Origin: an uncultured delta proteobacterium
GTDB lineage: Bacteria > Desulfobacterota > Desulfobaccia > Desulfobaccales > 0-14-0-80-60-11
DNA: 64,000 bases
Assembly (NCBI GenBank): GCA_963812015.1
Contig: CAWETI010000002.1
Span: forward strand, 1,024,001 to 1,088,000
Reading direction: 5' to 3'
The position numbers and the translations under genes are program-made. The first letter of the stretch is position 1. Every line of letters begins with the position of its first letter. The notes under the pieces are model-generated. The model was not told the origin of the DNA and did not search any database. It worked only from the letters and a program-made list of their open reading frames with translations. Shown here in pieces: positions 40,022-51,344 of the stretch.

Positions 40022-40834
40022 TCAGGATGGTGAGGTGACGCCTTGGTCCGGGGGGGCGTCGTCCGGCAGCTTGTCCGCCGACCTGGCTTCCCGGGCCAGG
40101 CCTCGAAATAAACCCATCAGGGCGGCCCGGGTCTTTTCGGCATAGGCGTCAGTCAGTTCATAATCCCAGCCGTGCTGACGGAAAATCTGGCGGACCTGGG
40201 CCCGGTAGTTCAAGGGGTCCATCATCACTTCCCCGGCATAGGGGGCGATGAGCTCATGCAGCCGAGCCGGATTCATGGGCAGCATCGGCGCGATGAAGAC
40301 CCAGGGGGTGAGACCCGCCTGGCGCAACTTCCTTAAGGTGGCGATCCGGGCGTCGATGGGCGGGGCCTGGGGCTCCAGCACCTTGCGCACCCGGTCGTCG
40401 TCCGTGGGGATGGACAGCCCGACGCTCACCTCGGGGATGGCGGTGAGGAGATCCAGGTCCCGGGTGACCAGGGGTGAGCGCGTCAAGATGCTGATGCCCC
40501 AGCCGAATTCGGCCAGGATTTTGAGACACCGGCGAGTCAAGCGGTATCTGAGTTCCACCGGTTGATAGGGATCGCAGACGCTGGACAGGAAGGCCCGTCC
40601 CCGGATTTTTTTCCGCGCCAGCTCATGGGAGAGGACTGCGGCCAGGTTGACCTTGACCTCCACAAAGCTGCCCCAGGGGGCCCCGGCATGGTGGCGGGCA
40701 TAACGACGCATGAAGGCCGCATAACAATACCGGCAGCCATGGCCGCAGCCCAGGTAAGGGTTGATGACATAATCCACCCCCGGAATCCGGGACCTGACCA
40801 GGACGGTTTTAGCGGTGATTTCTGTGAGGTCCAT
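40022..40834 (-). CDS. Radical SAM protein (spore photoproduct lyase-like family)
   Basis: NPYLGCGHGCRYCYA, VKVN, DPYQPVE, LTRS, LEP. Confidence 0.88.
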   Translation of the reverse strand: MDLTEITAKTVLVRSRIPGVDYVINPYLGCGHGCRYCYAAFMRRYARHHAGAPWGSFVEVKVNLAAVLSHELARKKIRGRAFLSSVCDPYQPVELRYRLTRRCLKILAEFGWGISILTRSPLVTRDLDLLTAIPEVSVGLSIPTDDDRVRKVLEPQAPPIDARIATLRKLRQAGLTPWVFIAPMLPMNPARLHELIAPYAGEVMMDPLNYRAQVRQIFRQHGWDYELTDAYAEKTRAALMGLFRGLAREARSADKLPDDAPPDQGVTSPS

Positions 40835-41033
40835 AAGGTGCGCAGCCGCCGGGAGAGAAGTGGAGACCAGGATGGCTGTCCAGGTGCATGGCGTGGCTCC
40901 GGTGATTTTTAACGGTCAGAAAAGGCTCGGTAAATTCTATCACCTCTGAGTTATTTGGCAAATCCGCCGCGTTGACATTCCCTGGGGGGGGTCCTGACTG
41001 GCGGTGCGTGCAGGTTTCGCCGGTTTAACGAAT

Positions 41034-41465
41034 TTATTTTATGGCCTTGGAAGATTTTTTCGGGGAGCCGGGACGGGAGGGGCGCCCCTTGCGGGGTTCT
41101 CTGGCCGTGGCCAATTGATTGGTGGGGGACTCGGGATGGAGGTAGGCATAAAGAGGTTGTTCGTCAGGTGTCTTGGTCGTTGGCTGAACCAAAGCGTCGA
41201 AGCTCACCGGAGCGACGGTCTCGTCATTCGCCCATACCGTAGCGAGGTATCTCCCCGGGTGTGGTTGGGGTCTTTTTTCAGCGGGGCACACCGAGAGCAA
41301 AACGAGAATTCCCAAGGCTAATCCCCCACCGGCGATCAGGACGCGTCCTCCAGATCGCCGGCAGCGTTTCGGTTGGAACATCCGGTTTTTTCCAGCCACC
41401 CACCTTGATAGGAGAGTGTATGCCACGAATGCCCCGCAGATGAGACAGATTGTTGCCATCACCAC
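41034..41465 (-). CDS. Hypothetical membrane protein
   Basis: Two hydrophobic segments, basic tail. No family recognised. Confidence 0.4.
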   Translation of the reverse strand: MVMATICLICGAFVAYTLLSRWVAGKNRMFQPKRCRRSGGRVLIAGGGLALGILVLLSVCPAEKRPQPHPGRYLATVWANDETVAPVSFDALVQPTTKTPDEQPLYAYLHPESPTNQLATAREPRKGRPSRPGSPKKSSKAIK

Positions 41466-41873
41466 CTATCCCGAGGAACCTCTGATAAGATGATTACTCC
41501 CACGACCGCGCCAGGTATATCTGGCGTGTCTGGTTTGAGGTAAGACCTATTATAATTGCATCTTTACCTCAGGTAAGCCTTTTGTCGCAATCAGAGTTTT
41601 CCTGATTTTCCCTTGGCAAAACCCTAAAAATACCATTCGTGGCGTTCCGGATACGATATTTTCGGCCGCCGGCCCTCGCCGCCCCCGCCCCTTTCCCCCC
41701 AAAAAAATATACCAAAAAGTAAAACATCTATATTATAAAAATACTAAAACGTATAACAAATCTAATTATAATTGACATTATCGTACAATAAATACCGGTA
41801 AGGCATAGAAGGATTTCAGGTAGAAGTTTTATAAATAAGTAAAAACAATATGTTATGTTGATTGCGGTAAGAG

Positions 41874-41889
41874 TGGCATAAGGCTTGCT
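41874..41889 (+). promoter_or_regulatory. Sigma54 promoter of the nif operon
   Basis: TGGCAT-AAGGC-TTGCT (GG-N10-GC), preceded by an AT-rich tract at about 41700-41870. Confidence 0.85.
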
Positions 41890-41912
41890 TCTTAATGTAG
41901 GCAAAATTCTGA

Positions 41913-42752
<840 letters not shown>

Positions 42753-42770
42753 GCGGAAGGGGAGGGAACC

Positions 42771-42890
42771 ATGAATCTTATCAGCGCCGTGCTGGTAAAT
42801 CTTTGGGTGGCAGGTTGGGCGGTGGCCGCCCTACGAGCATCTCTCAAGGCCAAGGCCGCAACCATTGACGGCCCGATCTCAAGCAAGTGA
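42771..42890 (+). CDS. Putative 39-aa hydrophobic peptide inside the nif operon
   Basis: GGAGGG RBS plus ATG, MNLISAVLVNLWVAGWAVAALRASLKAKAATIDGPISSK*. Confidence 0.5.
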   Translation: MNLISAVLVNLWVAGWAVAALRASLKAKAATIDGPISSK

Positions 42891-42919
42891 CCAGGAAAAA
42901 CGTAACAGGAGGAAGAGTC

Positions 42920-43276
42920 ATGATCATGATCAGATCGGTGGTGAGGCCGGAAAAAGTGGACGCGGTCCTGGCCGCCTTAATGGAAGCGGGATTCCCTGCG
43001 GTCACCAAAATGAGCGTGGTGGGCCGGGGCAAGCAGCGGGGCATCAAGATCGGGGAGATCACCTATGACGAAATCCCCAAGGAACTGCTGCTCACCGTGG
43101 TGAAGGATGCGGACAAGGATTTCGTCGTCAAGACCGTCCTCAAGGCGGCGCGCACCGGCGACAAGGGGGCTTTCGGCGACGGCAAGATCTTTGTCTCCCA
43201 GGTGGAGGAAGTCTACACCATCAGCTCCGGCATCAAGGAAAGCGGGGCCGGGGAGTTGGAAGAGGTAACGGTATGA
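42920..43276 (+). CDS. nifI1: P-II family nitrogen regulator NifI1
   Basis: VRPEK, GRGKQRG, YDEIPK, GAFGDGKIFV. Located between nifH and nifD. Confidence 0.92.
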   Translation: MIMIRSVVRPEKVDAVLAALMEAGFPAVTKMSVVGRGKQRGIKIGEITYDEIPKELLLTVVKDADKDFVVKTVLKAARTGDKGAFGDGKIFVSQVEEVYTISSGIKESGAGELEEVTV

Positions 43277-43653
43277 AAGAGATTATGGCCATCGTGCGCA
43301 TCAATATGATGAATAAGACCAAGAAGGCCCTGGCGGAGGCGGGCATCTCCTCCATCACCGCCCGGGACGCCTTGGGGAGGGGCAAGGGCCTGGTGGACCT
43401 GACCCTGCTGGAAGGCGCGGAAAAAGGCTATGAGGAGGCCATCGTCCAGTTGGGCCAGAGCCAGCGTCTCATCCCCAAACGCATCTTCTTTGTCGTGGTC
43501 CCGGACCGGTTGGTCAAAAAAACCGTGCAGACCATCATTGCGGTGAACCGCACCGGCAAATCGGGCGACGGCAAGATCTTCGTCATGCCCGTGATGGACT
43601 CGGTTCGGGTGCGGACCGCCGAGTCCGGCGACCAGGTCTTGGACGAAGCCTGA
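43273..43653 (+). CDS. nifI2: P-II family nitrogen regulator NifI2
   Basis: KEIMAIVR.N, GRGKG, LIPKR, GDGKIFV, VRT.E.G. Confidence 0.92.
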   Translation: MKEIMAIVRINMMNKTKKALAEAGISSITARDALGRGKGLVDLTLLEGAEKGYEEAIVQLGQSQRLIPKRIFFVVVPDRLVKKTVQTIIAVNRTGKSGDGKIFVMPVMDSVRVRTAESGDQVLDEA

Positions 43654-43687
43654 GCCAGACCTGCAGCAATCATACGGAGAAAGACCC

Positions 43688-45343
43688 ATGCCTGTAATAC
43701 CAGACAAAGACTTGAGTTCGACAATCTTGGAACTCGATGCGGCCGAGGTGAAGCGGGAGTTGATCAGCAAGTATCCCACCAAAGTCGCGAGGAAGCGCGC
43801 CAAGCAGATCGTCGTGAACGAGGTGGGCCCGGACAGTTGCGTGCCGGAAATTCAGTCCAACGTCAGGACCATCCCCGGCATCATCTCCCAGCGGGGCTGC
43901 ACCTACGCCGGCTGCAAAGGGGTAGTGTTGGGCCCCACCCGGGATATCGTCAACATCACCCACGGCCCCATCGGCTGCGGCTTCTATTCCTGGCTCACCC
44001 GCCGGAACCAGACCCGGCCCAAGAGCCCGGAAGACCATAATTTCATGACGTATTGTTTTTCCACGGACATGCAGGATGAGCAGATCATCTTCGGCGGCGA
44101 GAAGAAACTGCGGCAGGCGGTGCAAGAGGCCTATGATCTCTTCAAGCCCAAGGCCATCAGTATCTTCTCCACCTGCCCGGTGGGCCTCATCGGCGACGAC
44201 GTTCACGCAGTGGCCCGGGAGATGAAGGAAAAGCTGGGCGTCAACGTCTTTGCCTTTAGTTGCGAGGGCTACAAAGGGGTGAGTCAGTCCGCCGGCCACC
44301 ATATCGCCAACAACGGCATCTTCACCCACGTGGTGGGCCTGGACGACACCGTCAAGGAAGGCAAGTTCAAGATCAACATGCTGGGGGAATATAACATCGG
44401 CGGCGACGCCTTCGAAATCGAGCGCCTCTTTGAGGACATCGGCGTCACCCTGGTGGCCAGCTTCAGCGGCAACTCCAGCTACGATTATTTTGCCAACTCC
44501 CACACCGCGGACCTCAACCTCATCATGTGCCACCGCTCCATCAACTACGTGGCCGAGATGATGGAGACGAAATTTGGCATCCCCTGGATCAAGGTCAACT
44601 TCATCGGGGCCGAGGCCACGGCCAAGTCCTTGAGGAAGATCGCCGATTATTTCGACGACCCTGAATTGACCGAACGGGTGGAAGCGGTTATCGCCCGGGA
44701 AATGCCCGCCGTGGAGCAGGTGCGGAACGCAGTCAAGCCCAGGTGCGACGGCAAAACGGCCATGCTGTTCGTGGGCGGCTCCCGGGCCCACCATTACCAG
44801 GAACTCTTCCGGGAGATCGGCATGGAGACCATCGCCGCGGGCTACGAGTTCGCCCACCGGGACGACTACGAAGGCCGGCGGGTTTTGCCCAACCTCAAGG
44901 TTGACGCGGACAGCCGCAACATTGAAGAGCTACACATCGAACCGGACCCCAACCGCTACCAGCCCCGGTTGAGCGAGGCGGATAAGGCCCGGCTGGAGCA
45001 GGCCGGCATCAAGCTCAGCGAATACGAGGGCATGATGGCGGAGATGGAGAGCGGCGCCCTGGTCATCGACGATATCAGCCAGTTCGAAACCGAGCGGCTC
45101 ATAGAAATCTACCGGCCCGACATCATCTGCGCCGGCATCAAGGAAAAGTACGCCATTCAGAAGAGCGGCGTCCCCATGAAGCAACTGCACAGCTATGACT
45201 CCGGCGGACCGTATGCCGGCTTTAAGGGGGCCGTCAACTTCTACCGGGAGATCGACCGAATGGTCAACAGCAAGGTCTGGAAGTATCTGAAGGCGCCCTG
45301 GCAGGAGAATCCCGAACTGGCCGCCAAATATGCGTGGGAATGA
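43688..45343 (+). CDS. nifD: Nitrogenase MoFe protein alpha chain
   Basis: RGCTYAGC, HGPIGC, TCP, GVSQSAGHH, CHRS, QLHSY. Clostridial-type insertion. Confidence 0.98.
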   Translation: MPVIPDKDLSSTILELDAAEVKRELISKYPTKVARKRAKQIVVNEVGPDSCVPEIQSNVRTIPGIISQRGCTYAGCKGVVLGPTRDIVNITHGPIGCGFYSWLTRRNQTRPKSPEDHNFMTYCFSTDMQDEQIIFGGEKKLRQAVQEAYDLFKPKAISIFSTCPVGLIGDDVHAVAREMKEKLGVNVFAFSCEGYKGVSQSAGHHIANNGIFTHVVGLDDTVKEGKFKINMLGEYNIGGDAFEIERLFEDIGVTLVASFSGNSSYDYFANSHTADLNLIMCHRSINYVAEMMETKFGIPWIKVNFIGAEATAKSLRKIADYFDDPELTERVEAVIAREMPAVEQVRNAVKPRCDGKTAMLFVGGSRAHHYQELFREIGMETIAAGYEFAHRDDYEGRRVLPNLKVDADSRNIEELHIEPDPNRYQPRLSEADKARLEQAGIKLSEYEGMMAEMESGALVIDDISQFETERLIEIYRPDIICAGIKEKYAIQKSGVPMKQLHSYDSGGPYAGFKGAVNFYREIDRMVNSKVWKYLKAPWQENPELAAKYAWE

Positions 45344-45414
45344 ACCGGGGAGAGCCCGCCGGTCTGAGAGCCGCCGCGGCGCACCGCCCCGGATGAGGAA
45401 CCGAGGATAACGCC

Positions 45415-46791
45415 ATGTTATTAAGACATACTCCCTGTGAAATTACGGAACGCACGGCCTTGACCATTAATCCGGCCAAGACCTGCCAGCCCATCGGGGC
45501 GATGTACGCCGCCCTGGGCATCCACAGTTGCCTGCCCCACAGCCACGGCTCCCAGGGGTGCTACGCCTATCACCGCAGCGCCTTAACCCGCCACTACAAA
45601 GAGCCGGTGATGGCGGGGACGAGTGCCTTCACCGAAGGCGCCTCCGTGTTCGGGGGGCAGGCCAACCTGCTCCAGGCCATCAACAACATCTTTACCATAT
45701 ATGAGCCCGAGGTCATTGCGGTTCATACCACCTGCCTGTCGGAGACCATCGGGGACGACATCCCCCAGATCATCGCCAAGGCCAGGGATGAAGGCAAGAT
45801 TCCTCCGGGCAAATACGTCATCCATGCCAATACCCCCAGTTACGTGGGGTCCCATGTCACCGGCTTTGCCAACATGGTGAAAGGCATGGTGGATTATTTC
45901 GCCACGGCCAACGGCCACAAGGAGAACCGGATCAACCTGATTCCCGGCTACGTGGAGCCCTCCGACATGGAAGAGATCAAGCGCATTGCCGGTGAGCTGA
46001 GGGTGCCCATCATCATGTTCCCCGACACCTCCAATGTGCTCAACGGTCCCCAGACGGGAAAATATCACATGTATCCCGCCGGGGGCACCTCGGTGGCCGA
46101 TTTGATCCTCGCCGGGAGCAGCATGGGCACGGTGGCCCTGGGGCCCCTGGCCTCCGGGCCGGCCGCCCGGGCTTTGGACACCAAGTGCAAGGTGCCCTGC
46201 GAAATCCTGAACCTGCCCATCGGCCTTATGGCCACCGACAATTTTATTGACACTTTAAGAAGGATCGCTGGGGTGACCGTGCCCGACTCCCTCAATATTG
46301 ATCGGGGCCGGCTCCTGGACGTCATCACCGACATGCACCAGTATTTCTACGGCCGTAAGGTGGCCCTGGCGGGGGACCCGGATCAACTCATTTCCCTCAC
46401 CGAGTTTCTGGTGTCCATCGACATGTGGCCCATCCATATCGTCACCGGTACCCCGGGGAAAAAGTTCGAAGCCCGGATCAAGGAGATCACCAAAGAAGTG
46501 CCACATCCGGTTAACGTCAAGAGCGCCGGGGATATGTTTTTGCTGCATCAGTGGATCAAAAACGACCCGGTGAATCTGCTGATGGGTAACACCTATATGA
46601 AGTACATCGCCCGGGATGAAGACATCCCCCTGGTGCGCTTTGGCTTTCCCATCCTGGACCGCGTCGGCCACAGCTATTTCCCCACCGTGGGCTATCGGGG
46701 CGGATTGCGCCTGCTGGAAAAGATCCTGGACGCCCTGCTGGACCGCCAGGATCGGGATGCCTTGGAAGAGAGCTTCGAGTTGGTCATGTAG
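45415..46791 (+). CDS. nifK: Nitrogenase MoFe protein beta chain
   Basis: NPAKTCQPIGA, HGSQGC, TTCLSETIGDD, TPSY, GFPILDR. Confidence 0.98.
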   Translation: MLLRHTPCEITERTALTINPAKTCQPIGAMYAALGIHSCLPHSHGSQGCYAYHRSALTRHYKEPVMAGTSAFTEGASVFGGQANLLQAINNIFTIYEPEVIAVHTTCLSETIGDDIPQIIAKARDEGKIPPGKYVIHANTPSYVGSHVTGFANMVKGMVDYFATANGHKENRINLIPGYVEPSDMEEIKRIAGELRVPIIMFPDTSNVLNGPQTGKYHMYPAGGTSVADLILAGSSMGTVALGPLASGPAARALDTKCKVPCEILNLPIGLMATDNFIDTLRRIAGVTVPDSLNIDRGRLLDVITDMHQYFYGRKVALAGDPDQLISLTEFLVSIDMWPIHIVTGTPGKKFEARIKEITKEVPHPVNVKSAGDMFLLHQWIKNDPVNLLMGNTYMKYIARDEDIPLVRFGFPILDRVGHSYFPTVGYRGGLRLLEKILDALLDRQDRDALEESFELVM

Positions 46792-46841
46792 AACCGCCGC
46801 CCCCGGCGGCGGTGCCACATTTCTGGAGAAAGGGAAAAACC

Positions 46842-47147
46842 ATGGAAAAACCTGAACATCATATCTTCGTGTGCATGAGTTTCCGGGGCCTGGAGCCTAA
46901 AGGCAAGTGTATCAAGAAAAACGCCCCCGAGTTGCTGGGTTATTTGGAATCGGAACTGGCGGACCGCGGCCTGGACAACGTCATGGTATCCAGCACCGGT
47001 TGCTTGAAACTCTGCGAAAAAGGGCCGGTGGTGTTGGTCTACCCGCAAGGGTATTGGTATCAGGGGGTAGACGGTGAAGACGCCATCGACGCCATCCTGG
47101 ACGGCCTGGAAAACGGCGGCCCGGCCAAGGAGTATTTGGTGGACTGA
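46842..47147 (+). CDS. Thioredoxin-like [2Fe-2S] ferredoxin
   Basis: HIFVC...C...TGCLKLCEKGP..VYPQGYWY. Confidence 0.92.
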   Translation: MEKPEHHIFVCMSFRGLEPKGKCIKKNAPELLGYLESELADRGLDNVMVSSTGCLKLCEKGPVVLVYPQGYWYQGVDGEDAIDAILDGLENGGPAKEYLVD

Positions 47148-47219
47148 GATGGTTGGGAAGGGGGGCTAAGGGCTTTTTCATAAATGCCCTTACCCCCTTC
47201 CCCAAACAAGGAGTTATCG

Positions 47220-48569
47220 ATGAAGCCAGCCATTTTTGAAGAACGTCGGGACCAGATCCACCGCAAAGGCGCCCAGCCCTTCCGGATGGAGTGCGACCGG
47301 GAGAGCCTGGCCGGGGCGGTGAGTCAGCGGGCCTGCGTCTTCTGCGGCTCCCGGGTGGTGCTCTACCCCATCGCCGATGCCCTGCACCTGGTGCACGGCC
47401 CCATCGGCTGCGCCGCCTACACCTGGGACATCCGGGGGGCCCTGTCCTCGGGGCCGGAACTCCACCGCCTGAGCTTTTCCACCGACCTTCAGGAAATGGA
47501 CGTGATCTTCGGCGGCGAATCCAAGCTCTACCGGGCTTTGAACGAACTCATCGACCGGCACCACCCCAAGGCGGCCTTCGTTTACTCCACCTGCATTGTG
47601 GGGATTATCGGCGACGACCTGGAGGGCGTCTGCAAAAAGGTGAGCGAAGAGAAGGGCATCCCGGTCCTGCCCGTCCAATCCGAAGGGTTTAAGGGCAACA
47701 AGCGGGCCGGCTACGACGCCGCCTGCCAGGCCATGTTCCGCCTGGTGGGCACCGGCGAGACCACCGGCATCAGCGATAAGAGCCTCAACATCCTGGGAGA
47801 CTTCAACCTGGCCGGGGAGATCTGGATCATCCGGGACTACTTCAAGCGCATGGGCATCGAAGTGGTGGCCAACATCACCGGCGACGGCCGGGTGGATGAC
47901 ATCCGCCGGGCCCACGGCGCCGCCCTGAACGTGGTCCAGTGCTCCGGGTCCACCATGGACCTGGCCAAAATGATGGAAGAAAAATATGGCACCCCGCACC
48001 TCCGGGTCTCCTATTTCGGGGTGGAGGACATGGCCGAATCCCTCTACGACGTGGCCCGGTTCTTTAAGGACCCGGAGATGATGGAGCGCACCAAGGAGTT
48101 GGTCCGGGAAGAGCTGTCGGTCCTCTATCCCAAGCTCCGGGAATACCAGGAAGCCCTGTTCGGCAAAAAAGCCGCCATTTATGTGGGTGGGGCCTTCAAG
48201 GCCTTTTCCCTGGTCAAGGCCTTTCGCCTCCTGGGCATGAAAGTGGTCCTGGTGGGCTCCCAGACCGGCACCCAGGAAGACTACCAGGAACTCCACGATA
48301 TCACCGACGACGGCACGATTATCGTGGACGACTCCAATCCCCTGGAACTGTCCAGCTTTCTTAAGGAGCAGGACGTGGACATCTTTGTGGGCGGGGTCAA
48401 AGAACGCCCCATCGCCTATAAGCTGGGGGTGGGCTTCTGTGACCACAACCACGAACGTAAGGAAGCCCTGGAAGGCTTCGTGGGCATGCTCAATTTCGCC
48501 CAAGAGGTCTACAATACCGTGATGAGCCCGGTGTGGCGCTTCGTGCCTCGGCGGACGGGACAGAATTAG
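47220..48569 (+). CDS. nifE: FeMo-cofactor scaffold NifE
   Basis: SQRACVFCG, HGPIGC, STCI.G.IGDD, VQCS. Confidence 0.95.
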   Translation: MKPAIFEERRDQIHRKGAQPFRMECDRESLAGAVSQRACVFCGSRVVLYPIADALHLVHGPIGCAAYTWDIRGALSSGPELHRLSFSTDLQEMDVIFGGESKLYRALNELIDRHHPKAAFVYSTCIVGIIGDDLEGVCKKVSEEKGIPVLPVQSEGFKGNKRAGYDAACQAMFRLVGTGETTGISDKSLNILGDFNLAGEIWIIRDYFKRMGIEVVANITGDGRVDDIRRAHGAALNVVQCSGSTMDLAKMMEEKYGTPHLRVSYFGVEDMAESLYDVARFFKDPEMMERTKELVREELSVLYPKLREYQEALFGKKAAIYVGGAFKAFSLVKAFRLLGMKVVLVGSQTGTQEDYQELHDITDDGTIIVDDSNPLELSSFLKEQDVDIFVGGVKERPIAYKLGVGFCDHNHERKEALEGFVGMLNFAQEVYNTVMSPVWRFVPRRTGQN

Positions 48570-48636
48570 TAGGGGAAGGACGGCAGGGAGCACTTACGAA
48601 AAAGCCCCCTGCCCCAAAAGTAAAAAGGACAAGATC

Positions 48637-49995
48637 ATGAAGAACTCTGGCGAACCATACGTCTCCACCACCAACGCCTGCAAGCTGTGCAAGCCGTTGG
48701 GGGCCTGTCTGGCCTTCCGGGGGATTGAAGGGGCGGTGCCCTTTCTCCACGGCTCCCAGGGTTGTGCCACCTATATGCGGCGTTACGTCATCAGCCATTT
48801 CCGGGAGCCCATGGACATTGCGTCTTCGTCTTTGGGGGAGAAGCACGCCATCTATGGCGGCGGCCCCAACCTCAAGCAGGGCCTCAAAAACGTCATGACC
48901 AAGTATGGCGCCGACCTCATCGGGGTGGCTTCCACTTGTCTCACCGAGACCATCGGCGACGACATGCCCGGATTGGTGAAGGAGTTTCGCCGGGAGTTGA
49001 ATGAGGGCGAATCGCCGGAGATCGTCACGGTCTCCACCCCAAGCTACAGCGGCACCCACATGGAAGGCTTTCGCGCCGCGGTCAAGGCGGTGGTGGAGCA
49101 CCTGGCCCAGGGTGGCGAGCCCACTGGCGCGGTCAATCTGCTGCCGGGGTTCGTCTCTCCGGCGGACCTGAGATATTTGCAGGAAATCCTGGCGGATTTC
49201 GGTCTGACCGGCATCACCCTGCCGGATTATTCCGATACCCTGGACGGGGGGGCCCAACTGGACTATGAGAAGATTCCCGCCGGTGGAACGCCCCTGGCGG
49301 CGATTAAGGCCATGGGCGCGTCCCGGGCCACCCTGGAGTTCGGGCGCACCCTGTTTCCCCAGGAGACCGCGGGTCGCCTCCTGGAGGAACGCTTCGGGGT
49401 GCCCTGGCGCCCCCTGGGCCTGCCCATCGGTCTGCGGGAGACGGACGAGTTCTTTAAGGTGCTGGAAGACCTGGCCGGGCGTATCACCCCCGACAAGCAC
49501 GCCGCGGAGCGTGGCCGCCTCATCGACGCTTACGTGGATGGACACAAGTACATCTTTAACAAGCGGGCGGTGGTGTTCGGCGAAGAGGACCTGGTGGTGG
49601 GCCTCGTGTCCTTCCTGGCGGAGATCGGCGTTAAGCCGGTGCTGTGCGCCTCCGGCGGGCGGAGCGGCCGCCTGGCCGCGGCGGTGGCCGAAGTCACCGG
49701 GACCCTGCTGCCGGAGCCCCCGGTGGTCCGGGAAGGGGCGGATTTTTTTGAGATCGCCGATGAGGCCGAGGCACTGGCGCCCGATCTGCTCATCGGCCAC
49801 AGCAAGGGCTACCATCTGGCCAAGCGCTGGCAGGTGCCCCTGGTGCGGGTCGGGTTTCCTATCCACGACCGCTTCGGCGGCCCCAGAATACTGCACCTGG
49901 GTTACCGCGGGGCCCAAAGCCTTTTGGACCGGATCGTCAACGCTATGATTGAAGGCAAGCAGGAAACCAGCCCAGTAGGCTATGGCTATATGTAA
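48637..49995 (+). CDS. nifN: FeMo-cofactor scaffold NifN
   Basis: NACKLCKPLGA, HGSQGCATY, HFREP, GFPIHDR.G. Confidence 0.93.
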   Translation: MKNSGEPYVSTTNACKLCKPLGACLAFRGIEGAVPFLHGSQGCATYMRRYVISHFREPMDIASSSLGEKHAIYGGGPNLKQGLKNVMTKYGADLIGVASTCLTETIGDDMPGLVKEFRRELNEGESPEIVTVSTPSYSGTHMEGFRAAVKAVVEHLAQGGEPTGAVNLLPGFVSPADLRYLQEILADFGLTGITLPDYSDTLDGGAQLDYEKIPAGGTPLAAIKAMGASRATLEFGRTLFPQETAGRLLEERFGVPWRPLGLPIGLRETDEFFKVLEDLAGRITPDKHAAERGRLIDAYVDGHKYIFNKRAVVFGEEDLVVGLVSFLAEIGVKPVLCASGGRSGRLAAAVAEVTGTLLPEPPVVREGADFFEIADEAEALAPDLLIGHSKGYHLAKRWQVPLVRVGFPIHDRFGGPRILHLGYRGAQSLLDRIVNAMIEGKQETSPVGYGYM

Positions 49996-50081
49996 ATTGC
50001 GAGGACAATGTTTCGAGAGGGCAGGGGGCATGACCTCCCCCCAACGGAAAACTCGAAATTCCCCATACAGGAAATACGGTC

Positions 50082-51344
50082 ATGATGAATACTGATCGAC
50101 ATCCATGCTTCAATGTGGCAGTCAAGGGAGAATGCGGGCGGGTGCACCTGCCGGTGGCCCCCAAGTGCAACATCCTGTGCAACTATTGCAACCGGAAATA
50201 CGATTGCGTCAATGAGAGCCGCCCGGGGGTCACCAGCGCGGTGCTCAAGCCGAAGCAGGCCATCGCTTACCTGGAACGGGTTCTGGAGGCCGAGCCCCGC
50301 ATCACCGTGGCGGGCCTCGCCGGCCCGGGAGACCCCTTCGCCAACCCTAAAGAGACCCTGGAGACCATTCGCCTGATTCGCCGGCGGTTCCCGGACCTCT
50401 TGCTGTGTCTGGCCACCAACGGCCTGGGCTTGCCCCCCTATCTGGATGAACTGGCGGAGCTCCAGGTCTCCCACGTCACCCTGACGGTGAATGCGGTGGA
50501 CCCGGAGATCGGCAGCCGGATTTACAGTTGGGTGCGGGACGGCAAAGTGATCTATCGGGGCCGGAAGGCGGCGGAAGTCTTGCTGGAGCGGCAACTGGAG
50601 TCTATCGGCGGCCTCAAGGCCCGGGGGATTACGGTCAAGATCAACACCATCATCATTCCCGGGATCAACGACCACCACGTGCAGGAGGTGGCCAAACGGA
50701 TGGCGGAACTGGGCGTGGACATCCTCAACTGCATGCCGGTGTTCCCCAACGCCGATACGCCCTTCGGCCACCTGCCGGAACCGCCCCCGGAGCAAATGAC
50801 CGGAATCCGCCGGGAGGCGGAGAAGATTATCCCCCAGATGCACCATTGCACCCGGTGCCGGGCCGACGCGGTGGGGTTGCTGGAAGCGGACCGCACCGAT
50901 GAATTCCGGGGCTGCCTGTCGGCTTGCGCCAATCAGGTCCCGGCCCCGGCCGACCGGCCATACGTGGCCGTGGCCACCCAGGAGGGGGTGCTGGTGAACC
51001 TGCACCTGGGGGAAGCCCCTGGCTTCCAGATTTGGGGACCCATGGACAACGGCTTTCGGGCGATGGAAGTGCGGCAGGCGCCGCCCCCCGGCGGCGGGTC
51101 CGACCGGTGGTGGACTTTGGCGGAAACCTTGAAAGACTGCCGGGCGGTGCTGGTGAGCGGCATCGGCGACACCCCCGAGGCCGTGCTGAGCGAAGCCGGG
51201 GTGGAGCCGGTGGTGATGAACGGCTTCATCGAGATGGCCCTGACCGTCATCTACGGGGGCGGCGACCTGTCGGGGCTCAAAGGCCGCAGGTCCGGGGTCG
51301 CCGGGGGCTGCTGCAACAAGAAGTCGGGGGAGGGGTGCGGCTAA
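50082..51344 (+). CDS. nifB: FeMo-cofactor biosynthesis radical SAM protein NifB (with NifX-like C-domain)
   Basis: HPCF, HLPVAPKCNILCNYC, NESRPG, AGPGD, HCTRCRADA, VNLHLGEA. Confidence 0.97.
   Translation: MMNTDRHPCFNVAVKGECGRVHLPVAPKCNILCNYCNRKYDCVNESRPGVTSAVLKPKQAIAYLERVLEAEPRITVAGLAGPGDPFANPKETLETIRLIRRRFPDLLLCLATNGLGLPPYLDELAELQVSHVTLTVNAVDPEIGSRIYSWVRDGKVIYRGRKAAEVLLERQLESIGGLKARGITVKINTIIIPGINDHHVQEVAKRMAELGVDILNCMPVFPNADTPFGHLPEPPPEQMTGIRREAEKIIPQMHHCTRCRADAVGLLEADRTDEFRGCLSACANQVPAPADRPYVAVATQEGVLVNLHLGEAPGFQIWGPMDNGFRAMEVRQAPPPGGGSDRWWTLAETLKDCRAVLVSGIGDTPEAVLSEAGVEPVVMNGFIEMALTVIYGGGDLSGLKGRRSGVAGGCCNKKSGEGCG

Noticed and set aside
47214..50031. Long antisense ORFs over nifE and nifN, and similar ones over groEL, nifD, the GT2 gene and the kinase
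   Set aside because: Shadow ORFs caused by high GC3 codon bias on the coding strand; no recognisable motifs.
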